NCBI GenBank assembly: GCA_903867855.1 | Contig: CAIPTA010000064.1 | Location: 4,965-68,964 of the forward strand | Direction of reading: 5' to 3' | From: Oligoflexia bacterium | Lineage (GTDB): Bacteria; Bdellovibrionota; UBA1018; CAIPTA01 | DNA: 64,000 nt | In this document: positions 26,038 to 35,812 of the stretch, piece by piece | How the letters are laid out: every line of letters starts with the position of its first letter | Numbering within the stretch: position 1 is the stretch's first letter | The notes under the pieces: generated by a model | Databases searched by the model: none | Told to the model about the DNA's origin: nothing | The model's input: only the letters and a program-made list of their open reading frames with translations | Translations under genes and position numbers: made by a program

Positions 26038-27435
26038 TTAGATGCCTACGCTTCGAGCAATGGCAACCATCGCGATTAGTAGAAAAACCACGCCTGTTTT
26101 CAAAAGTGTGATTGCGAAAATATCTCGGTAGGATTCTCTATGTGTGAGGCCTGTTATAGCAAAGAGAGTGATCACTGCACCATTGTGCGGCAGGGTATCC
26201 ATTCCACCAGAGGCCATCGCTGCCACGCGATGAAGTAGTTCTGGGCTCGTGTTGGTTCGCTGCGCCCATTCCAAATATTGTTTGCCGAAAGTATCGAGAG
26301 CGATACTCATGCCGCCGGAGGCAGAGCCGGTAACGCCGGAAAGTACATTCACCGTAACGGCCTCCGAGAAGAGTGGATTTCCGCCAAACTGGATGCCCAT
26401 CATGCTGGAGGCAATGCTTTTGAATCCATCTAGACCTTTGATCACATTACCAAAGCCCACTTCGGAGGCGGTATTCATGATGGCAAGCAGCGAGCCAGTG
26501 GTTCCTAAACTAATTGTGTTTGCATATTTACCGCTCATTCTCTCGAGGTTAAGCAAAAATGTTAGGGCCGTACCCGCGGCCAGGGCGATGATCAAAGCCC
26601 AATTATTCATGGAGCCTTTGAGGGAATTGGGATCCATTTTATAGGGGGCTTGAGTGGCCCAGGAAGAAATGTCCATATGAGGGAAAATGATTTTCTGCAA
26701 AGTTAGGGTGATTGCGAGCACAGAGAATAAGGGAAGTGCAGCGATTAGTGGATGTGGGAGAGATCGAGCGTTCGTAGCTACCGCAGCGGCTTGACTCCCA
26801 AACCCTTCCCCTTTTTCTTGAGCGGCTTTTCTTCTTCGCTCTAAGTAAAGCATCCCGAAACTAAATACGAGCACAGCACCAGCGCTGCCGAAAATCGGCG
26901 CAGCATATAGGTCTGTGTTAAAAAATTTCATGGGGATCGAATTTTGAATCTGCGGTGTGCCAGGAAGGGCGTCCATGGTGAAGGTGAATGCGCCCAAGGC
27001 AATCGTGGCCGGAAGTAGGCGCTTAGGGATATTGGCGTCTTGAAAGAGCGAAGAGGCGAAGGGGTATACTGCGAAGGCCACTACGAAGAGGCTAACTCCG
27101 CCATAGGTGAGAATGGCACAGGAAAGCACCACGGCGAGCATCGCATGGCGGGTGCCTAATTTTTTGGTGATAGCGTGCGCGATGGATTCTGCAGAGCCTG
27201 ATTGCTCCATGGCCTTGCCAAATACGGCGCCGAGTAGAAAAAAGGGGAAGTAGACTTTTACATAACCGGCCAATTGGGGCAGGAAAAGCTCTGTATAGGT
27301 GGGCAGGGGAGAGAGTCCGGCGATGGATGCCGCTAGCAGGGCAAAAACGGGGGCGAAAAAGATAACGGAAAAGCCCCGATAGGCCATGAACATTAAAAGA
27401 CCAAGACTCAATATAATTCCTAGGCTACCTATCAT
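26038..27435 (-). CDS. GntP-family permease
   Basis: FLLGAVFGKAMEQSGSAESIA, ILTYGGVSLFVVAFAVYP and MDALPGTPQIQN. Confidence 0.75.
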   Translation of the reverse strand: MIGSLGIILSLGLLMFMAYRGFSVIFFAPVFALLAASIAGLSPLPTYTELFLPQLAGYVKVYFPFFLLGAVFGKAMEQSGSAESIAHAITKKLGTRHAMLAVVLSCAILTYGGVSLFVVAFAVYPFASSLFQDANIPKRLLPATIALGAFTFTMDALPGTPQIQNSIPMKFFNTDLYAAPIFGSAGAVLVFSFGMLYLERRRKAAQEKGEGFGSQAAAVATNARSLPHPLIAALPLFSVLAITLTLQKIIFPHMDISSWATQAPYKMDPNSLKGSMNNWALIIALAAGTALTFLLNLERMSGKYANTISLGTTGSLLAIMNTASEVGFGNVIKGLDGFKSIASSMMGIQFGGNPLFSEAVTVNVLSGVTGSASGGMSIALDTFGKQYLEWAQRTNTSPELLHRVAAMASGGMDTLPHNGAVITLFAITGLTHRESYRDIFAITLLKTGVVFLLIAMVAIARSVGI

Positions 27436-27705
27436 GAAGCATTCCTCAATTTTCTTTGTGTGCAGTTATCATGGATGGCTTTCTAGAGGCCATATCAAAT
27501 TTTCATGGTGCCTCTTTAAGGGCATTTGAGGGCCTTCTTGGCTGCTTCTTCTTACAGCAACATACAAATGACACGCCTTTCCTGCAAAAGTTACATGAAT
27601 TATTTTTGAAAACACTAAAGAAAGTATTCACATTCAATTTTTGCTGTGATTCGATAAACAGGTTCAGTTTGTGGGTGGATTTTTTTCTTACGGGGGAGTA
27701 CAGAA

Positions 27706-28515
27706 ATGAAAAATGGAATTTTGAATCATTTGCAGCAAATTAGCCTCATCGCCTTGATGGGGATTAGCGTAACCATATCTGCTAAAGCAGAGTCTTTCGG
27801 TTTTGATGTCAACGAGATCGTGGGCGGAACCACGGTGAAATCCAGTGATCCAGTGGCGGCATCCACCGTGCTACTTTTGGCTAAGCCAAGCAGCGGTGAG
27901 TATCTTTGCACGGGCTCTTTGATTGCTCAGGATATTATCGTAACCGCAGCTCATTGCGTTGCCGCTGCAGCGAGTGAGATTCAAATTGTATTCGGTCTTA
28001 GCATCGATGGAAATTCTTGGAATCCAACCAGTTCAGATGTTGTGATGCCGATCACAGGCTACCTGGCGAACCCCCACTACCAAGGTGAAAACTTCCAAGG
28101 GAATGACATGGGCGATATCGCAATCATTCATATTAACCGCCCATTGCCAGCAGGCTTTCGTCCTGCAGTGGTGCTCCCAAGTAGCATTAGCCTTTCTCCT
28201 GGAGAGCCTACTCTGCTAGCCGGATACGGAATCACAAGTGGAATTACTCAGAAGGGGGCGGGCACTCTTCGTCAGGTAACTGTGCCGATTCTTGATAGTG
28301 TTGGTTCTACGGAAGAATCGATCGATGAATCGCATCGTAAAGGTTCTTGCAGCGGGGATTCGGGCGGTCCTGCTTTCGTTCAATCCGGCGGCCAGCTCTA
28401 CCTTTGGGGTGTAACCAGCCGTGGTGACCAAAATTGTCAGCAAGAAGGTATCTATACTCGTATCAATACCTACAGTGCTTGGATTAACCAGGCTGCTGCG
28501 CAACTTCGTAGATAG
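27706..28515 (+). CDS. secreted trypsin-like (S1) serine protease
   Basis: Signal peptide. IVGG, TAAHCV (His), GDIAII (Asp) and CSGDSGGP (Ser). Confidence 0.85.
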   Translation: MKNGILNHLQQISLIALMGISVTISAKAESFGFDVNEIVGGTTVKSSDPVAASTVLLLAKPSSGEYLCTGSLIAQDIIVTAAHCVAAAASEIQIVFGLSIDGNSWNPTSSDVVMPITGYLANPHYQGENFQGNDMGDIAIIHINRPLPAGFRPAVVLPSSISLSPGEPTLLAGYGITSGITQKGAGTLRQVTVPILDSVGSTEESIDESHRKGSCSGDSGGPAFVQSGGQLYLWGVTSRGDQNCQQEGIYTRINTYSAWINQAAAQLRR

Positions 28516-28529
28516 TATCAAGTTTCCTT

Positions 28530-28565
28530 GGCGCTACCGGATATTCCGGTGGCGCCTTTTTTTTT
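28530..28565 (+). terminator. rho-independent terminator
   Basis: 11-bp stem GGCGCTACCGG / CCGGTGGCGCC (28530-40 / 28546-56) with a 5-nt loop, followed by a T9 run (28557-65), 15 nt after the protease stop. Confidence 0.8.
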
Positions 28566-28640
28566 GAACTCAGCCAAATTTTTTCTGACTGTTTACTTAT
28601 GAAAGAATTGTGAATAGAGTTTTCATGGAGAGTAAAATCC

Positions 28641-28844
28641 ATGAGCCAAGAGAGAAAATTTCTTCACGATATAGCCACCCCCATCACGATTATCAAGCTT
28701 ACCTTGCGCAAGGTGATCGATGAAATGGGGAAGGGAAATGCGGATCTAGCGCAGCATATGGATCGTCTCGCAAAAGTGGAAAAGGCTGTGGATCGTCTTG
28801 AAGAGCTGCACGCCTCCCATAAACTTGAAATCAGTAAAGAGTAG
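28641..28844 (+). CDS. 67-aa two-helix protein resembling an orphan histidine-kinase DHp (HisKA) domain
   Basis: KFLHDIATPITIIKLTL matches the H-box pattern (F-h-H-D/E-h-x-T-P-h), and a second predicted helix follows. No ATPase domain is present. Confidence 0.4.
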   Translation: MSQERKFLHDIATPITIIKLTLRKVIDEMGKGNADLAQHMDRLAKVEKAVDRLEELHASHKLEISKE

Positions 28845-28953
28845 CGAGAAGATCAATTACTAAGTATCTTCTGAAGCCGTGTGAATGAGGCTTTCCTGGC
28901 GCTAATTTTGTTAAGCCCTTGTTAAAACTAGAATATCTATTTACTCTATATAT

Positions 28954-31077
28954 ATGAGTGCGGATTCAGGAAGAACCGTATACTTGGCACCCGATCGGCA
29001 TGCCAATTCAGAAGAGCAAGGCTTTGATCTCAAAGAGGTCATTCGCTTTATCATTAGGCATCACCGTCTATTTTTTATCCTATTATTTGTAAGCTGCTCA
29101 ACCGTTGCACTGCTTCACCATAAATATCCTTTATTTAGGGCGAAAGCCACCATTGTGTTGGAAACAAATGATTCGCAGATTCAAATGATTAATCAGCGCA
29201 TTCAGGGTGCGCAGCTATCGGCGCCTGAGGATGAATCGGATCGCTATATCCGCTCGCTGCAGAACTATGATTTTTTTCTCGCAGTGGCAAAAGAGATGAA
29301 GCGGGTGGGAATTCCGCCTGAAATGGTTCATCAGATGAATCAGCCGAGGGATATATTTTCTTGGATAAAGGCAAAGCTGCTTCATAAAGGCGCCCCGTTT
29401 AATCCCAACTCTCCTGATATCGCCTTTGGAGATGCGATCGAAAGTTGGACCAAATTTAATAAGGTGGGCACCTCCTCGATCGAAGTTGAATTTGTCACGA
29501 TGGATAAAGAGTTTTCTCGTTCTACCGCAGATTTTATTGCCAATCAGGCGGTGAATTGGATTTCAAATATAGAATTGAAAAAGATCAACGATGCCATTGC
29601 CTATATTAAGGGGCGCATTGAAGAAAGCGAGCACAATATCCGCGAGATGGAGAATCAAATGACTCTCTTCAAGCAGAATAATCGCGTGCTTAGCATGGAG
29701 CGCAACGGAAAAACCGAGGGTGGCCAAACGCTGGAGCGTGAGTTTGAGATGGCCACCATCATGTATTCGCAAAATGAAAAGATGATTCGTGAGATACGTC
29801 ATCATTTGGAAAAGCAGCAAGCCCAGGCCGAAGAGTATTCTAAAGAGAATGGCGTGCAAGCCAACTTCAAGTTTAAAACGGAATATTCTCAGCAGCTCGC
29901 AGAGAAGGAACGGGAGAATAGAGAGTTAGAAGCGCGAATTTCCACGATCCAACATCAAATTGATGGTGAGTTCGGAGCGAGAGTGGTGGGGCTAGAAGAA
30001 GACATGTATGAATATCGCCACCGCTTTGAACTTGAATACGGACTTTTTGAGAACTTAAAAAAAGAGATGTTCAAGGCTGAAATGGAACGCGTTTCCATGC
30101 AGAACAAAGTGCAAAACCTGCAAAAGGCAGAATATTCCGAAGTGATGCGCACGGTGAGTTTAACGAAAAAACTCCTCATCGCCCTGATTGCCTCACTCGC
30201 GGTGGGTTGTGTAATTGCCTATCTCTCGGAAATGCTCTGGCCGACAGTGAAAAATCGTAACGATCTGGATAATCTCGGCTTCCAATTTTTGGGAAGTATT
30301 CCGGATCTTTCCTATTCTATTCGCTTGAAATCGAGCAATACCTATCACAAGTTCAGTGGCAAGACGGGTAGGATCTTGCGTTTCGAAAAAGACTCGATGC
30401 AGGTTACAGCCTTCTACAAAATTAGAACGAAAATTCTCTATCAATTGGAACAACAAAAGTTGGATAAGGCTGTTATAGCTCTTGTTAGCGCGAGTTCTGC
30501 AGAGGGAAAAACTTTTTCTTCCACCAATTTGGCTGCAGCCATGGCAAGTCTTGGTAAGAAAGTATTGTTTATCGATGCGGATATTCGTCGTGGTGGTGCT
30601 TCGCAGCTCTTCAGCGCCCATAAATTGCACGGTCTAACCGAGGTATTGCAGCGCCCAGAAATGTTTGGCCAACTTCTGTTGCCTGAAATGATTCCGAACC
30701 TAGATGTTTTACCTGCTGGAGAGTGGACCGTGAATCCCACTGAGCTCTTGGCAAGCAAGGGCTTTCAGGAATTGATCACGAAATTGAAAGTGCTCTACGA
30801 CTATATTGTGATCGATACTTCTCCCTTGCTCGTGGCTAGTGATTCCTCTTTTGTGGAACGTGTAGCGGATATGGTGATATTTGTGGCTAGCTTTAATAAA
30901 ACTCAGCAGGAAGCGATGGCGCGAGCTTGCGATAGCTTACTCGAATTTTCTGCGCGTCAGCAGAAGTTCTATTCCATACTGAATAAGGTGAATTCTCGTT
31001 ACGATAGCCTTGTCATGATGCCCTATCGCGATTACTATGGTTATGGTGAGAGATCAAAAGATAATAAAAACGCTTAG
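28954..31077 (+). CDS. polysaccharide co-polymerase / BY-tyrosine autokinase (Wzc/EpsB-like)
   Basis: N-terminal Wzz-type TM, long coiled coil and second TM. P-loop SASSAEGKTFSSTNLA, FIDADIRR, VIDTSP, and a C-terminal Tyr cluster YRDYYGYG. Confidence 0.85.
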   Translation: MSADSGRTVYLAPDRHANSEEQGFDLKEVIRFIIRHHRLFFILLFVSCSTVALLHHKYPLFRAKATIVLETNDSQIQMINQRIQGAQLSAPEDESDRYIRSLQNYDFFLAVAKEMKRVGIPPEMVHQMNQPRDIFSWIKAKLLHKGAPFNPNSPDIAFGDAIESWTKFNKVGTSSIEVEFVTMDKEFSRSTADFIANQAVNWISNIELKKINDAIAYIKGRIEESEHNIREMENQMTLFKQNNRVLSMERNGKTEGGQTLEREFEMATIMYSQNEKMIREIRHHLEKQQAQAEEYSKENGVQANFKFKTEYSQQLAEKERENRELEARISTIQHQIDGEFGARVVGLEEDMYEYRHRFELEYGLFENLKKEMFKAEMERVSMQNKVQNLQKAEYSEVMRTVSLTKKLLIALIASLAVGCVIAYLSEMLWPTVKNRNDLDNLGFQFLGSIPDLSYSIRLKSSNTYHKFSGKTGRILRFEKDSMQVTAFYKIRTKILYQLEQQKLDKAVIALVSASSAEGKTFSSTNLAAAMASLGKKVLFIDADIRRGGASQLFSAHKLHGLTEVLQRPEMFGQLLLPEMIPNLDVLPAGEWTVNPTELLASKGFQELITKLKVLYDYIVIDTSPLLVASDSSFVERVADMVIFVASFNKTQQEAMARACDSLLEFSARQQKFYSILNKVNSRYDSLVMMPYRDYYGYGERSKDNKNA

Positions 31078-31579
31078 TTTCATTTTGCTGGCAGCGATGC
31101 TGCTTCCTGATTTTGCCTTTGCTTCCGAAAAAACGTTGGGTAATACCATCGCGGAAGAATTGAAGTCGAAGCTAGACACTTCCGTTTCTGAATATTATTT
31201 TCGCACCGATCGCGACGATCTTTTGATGCCCGTTTATGTGCTGGGATCTGTGAGTAAACCTGGGATTTACCATGTTCCTATTCACACAGATTTGATCACG
31301 CTCTTGGCGATTACGGGTGGCGCTACAGCAACGGCCGATCTCACGGATATTAATGTTAAGAATCAAGACGCAAAATCTGTATCCACCATCGATCTAGAAA
31401 AAGAGATTGCCGAGAAAAATGCTCGCGCCATCAGTTTGCGCGGAAACGATGTGATTTTCATTCAAGAAAAGAAGCCTTTCTTTAGTGCAGGCTTCGTTAC
31501 AGGTCTTACGATTTTTGGCACCATTCTTGGCACCGTGCTCACGTATTACTTTGTTCGACAACAGGTTAGAACCAATTAA
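31037..31579 (+). CDS. small polysaccharide-export (SLBB/Wza-like) protein with C-terminal TM
   Basis: Signal peptide ...LLPDFAFA. VYVLGSVSKPGIYHVPIHTDLITLLAITGG is a soluble-ligand-binding beta-grasp pattern. Start uncertain (ATG 31037 or 31043, or GTG 31046). Confidence 0.6.
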   Translation: MVMVRDQKIIKTLSFILLAAMLLPDFAFASEKTLGNTIAEELKSKLDTSVSEYYFRTDRDDLLMPVYVLGSVSKPGIYHVPIHTDLITLLAITGGATATADLTDINVKNQDAKSVSTIDLEKEIAEKNARAISLRGNDVIFIQEKKPFFSAGFVTGLTIFGTILGTVLTYYFVRQQVRTN

Positions 31580-32678
31580 AATTCTATTCGTTGCCAATAC
31601 TGGCTGGTATCTCTTTAATTTTCGTTTGGCCTTTGCGGAGTACTTAAGGGCACGCGGTCATGAAGTACTCTTTGTGTCTCCGCGAGATGAGTACTTTCCG
31701 AAATTGGAATCAGCAGGTTTTCGAGTGATCGATTGGCCTTTGGGTCGAAAGAGCTTAAATCCCATTTCCGAATTCCGGGCGCTCCTCTTGCTGCTACGAA
31801 TCTACAAAGAGGAAAAACCGGATCTTTGTCATCACTTCACGATTAAATGCGTTCTTTATGGCTCTTTGGCTGCCATGATTTCGCATACACGACGGGTGAT
31901 CAATTCTGTCACGGGGCTAGGGCATTTTTTTCTCTCTGATCGTTTCGTGATTCGTGTGCTGCGAGCGCCCATCTTTTTTCTCTATCGCTTTTTGGCGAAT
32001 CGCCGGGGCACTCGTTATATTTTTCAGAACCTGGAAGACCAAAACCTATTTGAGCAGTTAGGCTTAGTACCGAGGGAAATTTGCCGTCTGGTGCGAGGCT
32101 CGGGGATTGATTTACAGTATTTTTCAAGAACGCCGCTACCGCAATCACGACGAATTCTGTTTGCCTCTCGCATGCTAAAAGAAAAGGGCATTTACGAATT
32201 AATTGAGGCGGTTTCGCTCGCGCAAAGGGAAGAAAAGTTCGCCATGATTTTTGCGGGCTCTGTGGACGAAGGGAACCCATCCGCCATATCTAGGCAGGAG
32301 CTCGATGCATGGCAAAGTGATGGGCTCATTGTGTATCTTGGCCACCTACCTTCTATACGGGAAGAGATCGAAAAAGCAGATATAGTGGTGCTGCCTTCCT
32401 ACCGAGAGGGTTTACCAAGAATTCTATTGGAGGCAGCTGCAATGGGGCGAGCGCTGATAGCTAGCGATGTTCCAGGTTGCCGCGAGGTGGTGCAGCATGA
32501 GCAGAATGGTTTGTTAGTTCCTGCTCGCGATGCGGTGGCTCTAAAGCAGGCGATATTGCGCTTGCTCCGCGACGAAACACTTCGAAATTCACTCAGTGAT
32601 GCTGCGGCCAAAACAGCCTTAGATTTTGGCGAAGAAAATGTGTATTCCTCTACGCTTCGTGTGTACGAGGAGCTCTAG
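31551..32678 (+). CDS. family-4 (GT-B) glycosyltransferase
   Basis: ILFVANTGWYLFNFR..., and the C-terminal EGLPRILLEAAAMGRALIASDVPGCREVV (EX7E). The track ORF starts at 31485 inside the previous gene. I place the start at the in-frame TTG 31551, which is uncertain. Confidence 0.8.
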   Translation: MFDNRLEPIKILFVANTGWYLFNFRLAFAEYLRARGHEVLFVSPRDEYFPKLESAGFRVIDWPLGRKSLNPISEFRALLLLLRIYKEEKPDLCHHFTIKCVLYGSLAAMISHTRRVINSVTGLGHFFLSDRFVIRVLRAPIFFLYRFLANRRGTRYIFQNLEDQNLFEQLGLVPREICRLVRGSGIDLQYFSRTPLPQSRRILFASRMLKEKGIYELIEAVSLAQREEKFAMIFAGSVDEGNPSAISRQELDAWQSDGLIVYLGHLPSIREEIEKADIVVLPSYREGLPRILLEAAAMGRALIASDVPGCREVVQHEQNGLLVPARDAVALKQAILRLLRDETLRNSLSDAAAKTALDFGEENVYSSTLRVYEEL

Positions 32679-32745
32679 GGCAATTTTCCTTGAGTTTAGA
32701 GACGTCTAGGATAGTCTTCTTACTGATCATTTCCTGGAGGTTTTA

Positions 32746-33504
32746 GTGAAGAAGATTTATCGCATTGCACTCCTGTGCCTCATCACTTTATTTTTGACTG
32801 ATACTACGGCGCGCGCCTCTGTGATCGAAGATCGCTTGAACGATGCAGCGTCTCCGGTAACTACTCCCGCGAATTCTTATCTCATTGGCGGTGCCAGCCT
32901 TACGGGCCTGCTTTTTTTACTAAGACATAATGTTGATGAACCACTCCAAATAAGAACAGCCGCTAATCCGCCTCTGAGCCATAGCCTTGAGCGTTTGGGC
33001 TATCATGGTGGCGAACTCTATCCCAACTTGGGCTACGTGGGCATTATGTTGGTGGAGGCGGCATTCGGAGTGGATCGCGCACTCACGCGAGTAGATATGA
33101 TGGTTTCGGCTTCCGCGTATTCTGGTGCGGTAGAAGTTTTATTGAAGAGTGTGGTGCATGAAACTCGCCCAAATAATTACGATCAGAAAGCCTTTCCATC
33201 CGGCCATGCAACGGTGGCCTATGCCTTTGCTAGCGTGGTGGCCTCTGAGCATCCTTGGTATATAGGCGTGCCTGCCTATGCTCTCGCTACCCTAACTGGG
33301 TATAGCCGCATGAATGATAATGCCCACTATCTTCACGATGTGATCGCAGGAGCTACGATCGGAATTTCCTATGGCTTAGGCATGCACTATCGCCGCCCGG
33401 AGGGTGGCAGCTCTGCAGACGCGCCAGTGCCTACCCACAGCTGGAATCTCCAGCTTCTTCCGATGGAAACGGGTGCTGGAATTTTTGCTTCCACTAAATT
33501 CTAG
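32746..33504 (+). CDS. PAP2-family phosphatase
   Basis: KSVVHETRPN, PSGHATVAYAFA and SRMNDNAHYLHDV (the three PAP2 motifs). Signal peptide. GTG start with GGAGG SD. Confidence 0.8.
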   Translation: MKKIYRIALLCLITLFLTDTTARASVIEDRLNDAASPVTTPANSYLIGGASLTGLLFLLRHNVDEPLQIRTAANPPLSHSLERLGYHGGELYPNLGYVGIMLVEAAFGVDRALTRVDMMVSASAYSGAVEVLLKSVVHETRPNNYDQKAFPSGHATVAYAFASVVASEHPWYIGVPAYALATLTGYSRMNDNAHYLHDVIAGATIGISYGLGMHYRRPEGGSSADAPVPTHSWNLQLLPMETGAGIFASTKF

Positions 33505-33527
33505 CTTAATTTTGGTGCGGAAAATCT

Positions 33528-34175
33528 ATGTCGAAACTATTCACGATCAAAATCAAAAAATTGCGACCCACTCAGTTTGCTATAGGCCGCGTGGATGTGG
33601 ATGATAAGCGGGAAAAAATCAAAAATTTTTCGAAGAAAAAATTGGAAGAATATTTGGAATTGAATCCTGTGAAGGCCGTGCTGGGCCCGGAAGAGGAAGT
33701 GTATATTATTGATCGCCATCATCTTTCGCGGGCTATGTATGAAGAAGGGGAAACAGAAATTCCCGCAAAACTTTATGGTGATTTTCATGAGCTCGAATCG
33801 GGAGCATTTTGGCAGAAGATGGAAGCTCTCGGCTTTTTATGGCTCTTCGATGCTAAGGGGAAGCCGGCGAAACTGAAGGATCTGCCGAAGCATATCGAGG
33901 ATTTGGCAGATGATCCTTACCGAAGTCTCGCCTGGATTGCCCGTGAAGAAGGGGCTTTTCAGAAAAGTGAAGTGCCGTTTGCGGAGTTTATTTGGGCAAA
34001 TTTTTTGCGCACTAGAGTAAAAATTGAAGAGGGAAAAAAAGCATTCCGTCGCGCGGTGGATGAAGCAAAGCTTTTAGCGCGCACCGAAAGCGCTAAAAAT
34101 TTACCCGGCTTTTTAGGAGCTTTGCCCGGCTGTGAAGAGGCCTTTCACTCCTTTTCGAAGGTGATAAAGAAATAG
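33528..34175 (+). CDS. ParB-like nuclease domain protein (ParBc_2-type)
   Basis: IKIKKLRPTQFAIG...VYIIDRHHLSRAM. No parA or HTH partner is adjacent. Confidence 0.65.
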   Translation: MSKLFTIKIKKLRPTQFAIGRVDVDDKREKIKNFSKKKLEEYLELNPVKAVLGPEEEVYIIDRHHLSRAMYEEGETEIPAKLYGDFHELESGAFWQKMEALGFLWLFDAKGKPAKLKDLPKHIEDLADDPYRSLAWIAREEGAFQKSEVPFAEFIWANFLRTRVKIEEGKKAFRRAVDEAKLLARTESAKNLPGFLGALPGCEEAFHSFSKVIKK

Positions 34176-34179
34176 GGGC

Positions 34180-34198
34180 CTGTCTAAATTTTAGACAG
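34180..34198. repeat. perfect palindrome / hairpin just after the ParB-like gene
   Basis: CTGTCTAAA-T-TTTAGACAG with 9-bp perfect arms, 5 nt after the stop at 34175. No T-run follows, so terminator status is uncertain. Confidence 0.4.
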
Positions 34199-34273
34199 TC
34201 TGAAATTCTCAAGTCTAAACAGGGGCTAGGCTGCGACTCTCAAGGCTGGCCTATTTTTTGCTCCTCTGATCCC

Positions 34274-35743
34274 ATGCAGATCAAAACCTTAAGTTTTATG
34301 GTGTTTTCCTTAAGTATCAATGTTTTCTTCTCTAGCGCGGCCCACGCCATGCCAGAAGAGAAGCTGAATACACACAATAGCACCATCATTCCCAATCTGA
34401 TTTTGCAGAAAAATGGGAAACTAGACGAAGTAAAGGCGCAGCTTTCTCAAGTGGGCGTGCCGGAGCTCGACGATTTATGGAATACCCGCCGCGATATCGT
34501 GGATGGTGTTTGTGATGATAAGCAAAATAATTGCCGAGCCATCTCTGTATTTCCTGGAAAAAACTCTGATCATCCTGTGGTGATGCTGCCGGGGTTCACT
34601 GCCTACAGAAAATTATACTTAGAGCAGATTTACGATCTCATCCAATCGGGTTATGGACCCATCTATATTTCTGATTTCACTGGCACTGGCGATAGCTATA
34701 AGCCTGAGCTAAAGCCCGGCCAACATTTACCAACGATCAATGAATACATGGCTAGCCTGAAGCCCGACATGGAACCAGAGCTTCACCAAAAGATTGTTAG
34801 CATCGTGGGCGAAAAAGATGCGGATCAAATGCGCAAGGCGATCGGAGAATTACCGATTGGTCGCGGATATATTCGCAAATTTTCTGACTATACGAACGAT
34901 ATTGATTTGCTCATGAATATCGCAGTGAAGGAAAATCCAACGAATAAGATAATGCTCACTTCGCTTTCTATGTCTGGCTTGAATCTCGCGCTGGCACTGG
35001 CAACACAAGGAAAACATCCTGTATGGATTTCTAGTGTAGATCGAATCGTGCTTGAGTCTCCGATGATTCGTATTCGCGCCACCGATAAAGTGATCCCAAA
35101 AGTGGGTATGCTTTCTGATCTCGTTACCTTAGTTGGAGGAGATCTTTTTGGTTCCTCTACCATCGTAGTAAAGCGCGGGGCCGTTTTGCAGTTCGTTGAT
35201 AAAGCGCTTGGTAATTTTAATCCAGACAATACTGTTTCTCATTCGCCCATTCGTATTTCGCTCACCGATGGAGTGCGTGTTTGGAATGGTCATGAGACGG
35301 GTGGCGGAACCTTTGGTTGGGCCTATGAAGAGCTAACCCATCAGTATGCTCTCGACCCCTTGGATATCCTTCCTCTTGTTACTATCTCGCTCAATCAGCG
35401 AGTGCCGCAGATTGCAAAGGCTCTGAAGGATAATAACATTACCCTCATCACTGTGGCCTCTGAAGCAGATCCACTTGTAGACACCTCGGCCACGAAGAGC
35501 TTCGTACAAGACTTAGCAGAAGCCGGTGTAACTCAGAGTTCCCTTTGCCTATTCCAAACGGCCAAGCACCAAATTGATATCGAAACCGATAAATATCGCG
35601 AGCCCTTTATGTCGCTCCTCTATGATCAGAAAGACCATCAAATTAAGTCTAGTTATGGTCTCGCCCCCCGAAATGAGCTCCTGGAGTGCGCCCCGGTGGT
35701 GAAGAAGGCTAAGCCTGAAGTAAAGCAAGACGACGAAAGCTAA
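34274..35743 (+). CDS. secreted alpha/beta-hydrolase-fold protein (lysophospholipase/lipase-like)
   Basis: Signal peptide. HPVVMLPGFTAY and LTSLSMSGLNLALA (nucleophile-elbow-like). The assignment is tentative. Confidence 0.45.
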   Translation: MQIKTLSFMVFSLSINVFFSSAAHAMPEEKLNTHNSTIIPNLILQKNGKLDEVKAQLSQVGVPELDDLWNTRRDIVDGVCDDKQNNCRAISVFPGKNSDHPVVMLPGFTAYRKLYLEQIYDLIQSGYGPIYISDFTGTGDSYKPELKPGQHLPTINEYMASLKPDMEPELHQKIVSIVGEKDADQMRKAIGELPIGRGYIRKFSDYTNDIDLLMNIAVKENPTNKIMLTSLSMSGLNLALALATQGKHPVWISSVDRIVLESPMIRIRATDKVIPKVGMLSDLVTLVGGDLFGSSTIVVKRGAVLQFVDKALGNFNPDNTVSHSPIRISLTDGVRVWNGHETGGGTFGWAYEELTHQYALDPLDILPLVTISLNQRVPQIAKALKDNNITLITVASEADPLVDTSATKSFVQDLAEAGVTQSSLCLFQTAKHQIDIETDKYREPFMSLLYDQKDHQIKSSYGLAPRNELLECAPVVKKAKPEVKQDDES

Positions 35744-35812
35744 GTATACTCTTGCACTTTCTTGCCGTTCCCAATACGATCCTGTGCGTTAGCGCACCTG
35801 GGAGGGGCACCT

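Noticed and set aside
27456-27743. 95-aa ORF in the gap between the GntP permease and the protease gene
   Set aside because: It has a TTG-type start, no RBS and a Phe/Leu/Cys-rich low-information translation, and it overlaps the protease gene start. It is probably the promoter region of the protease gene.
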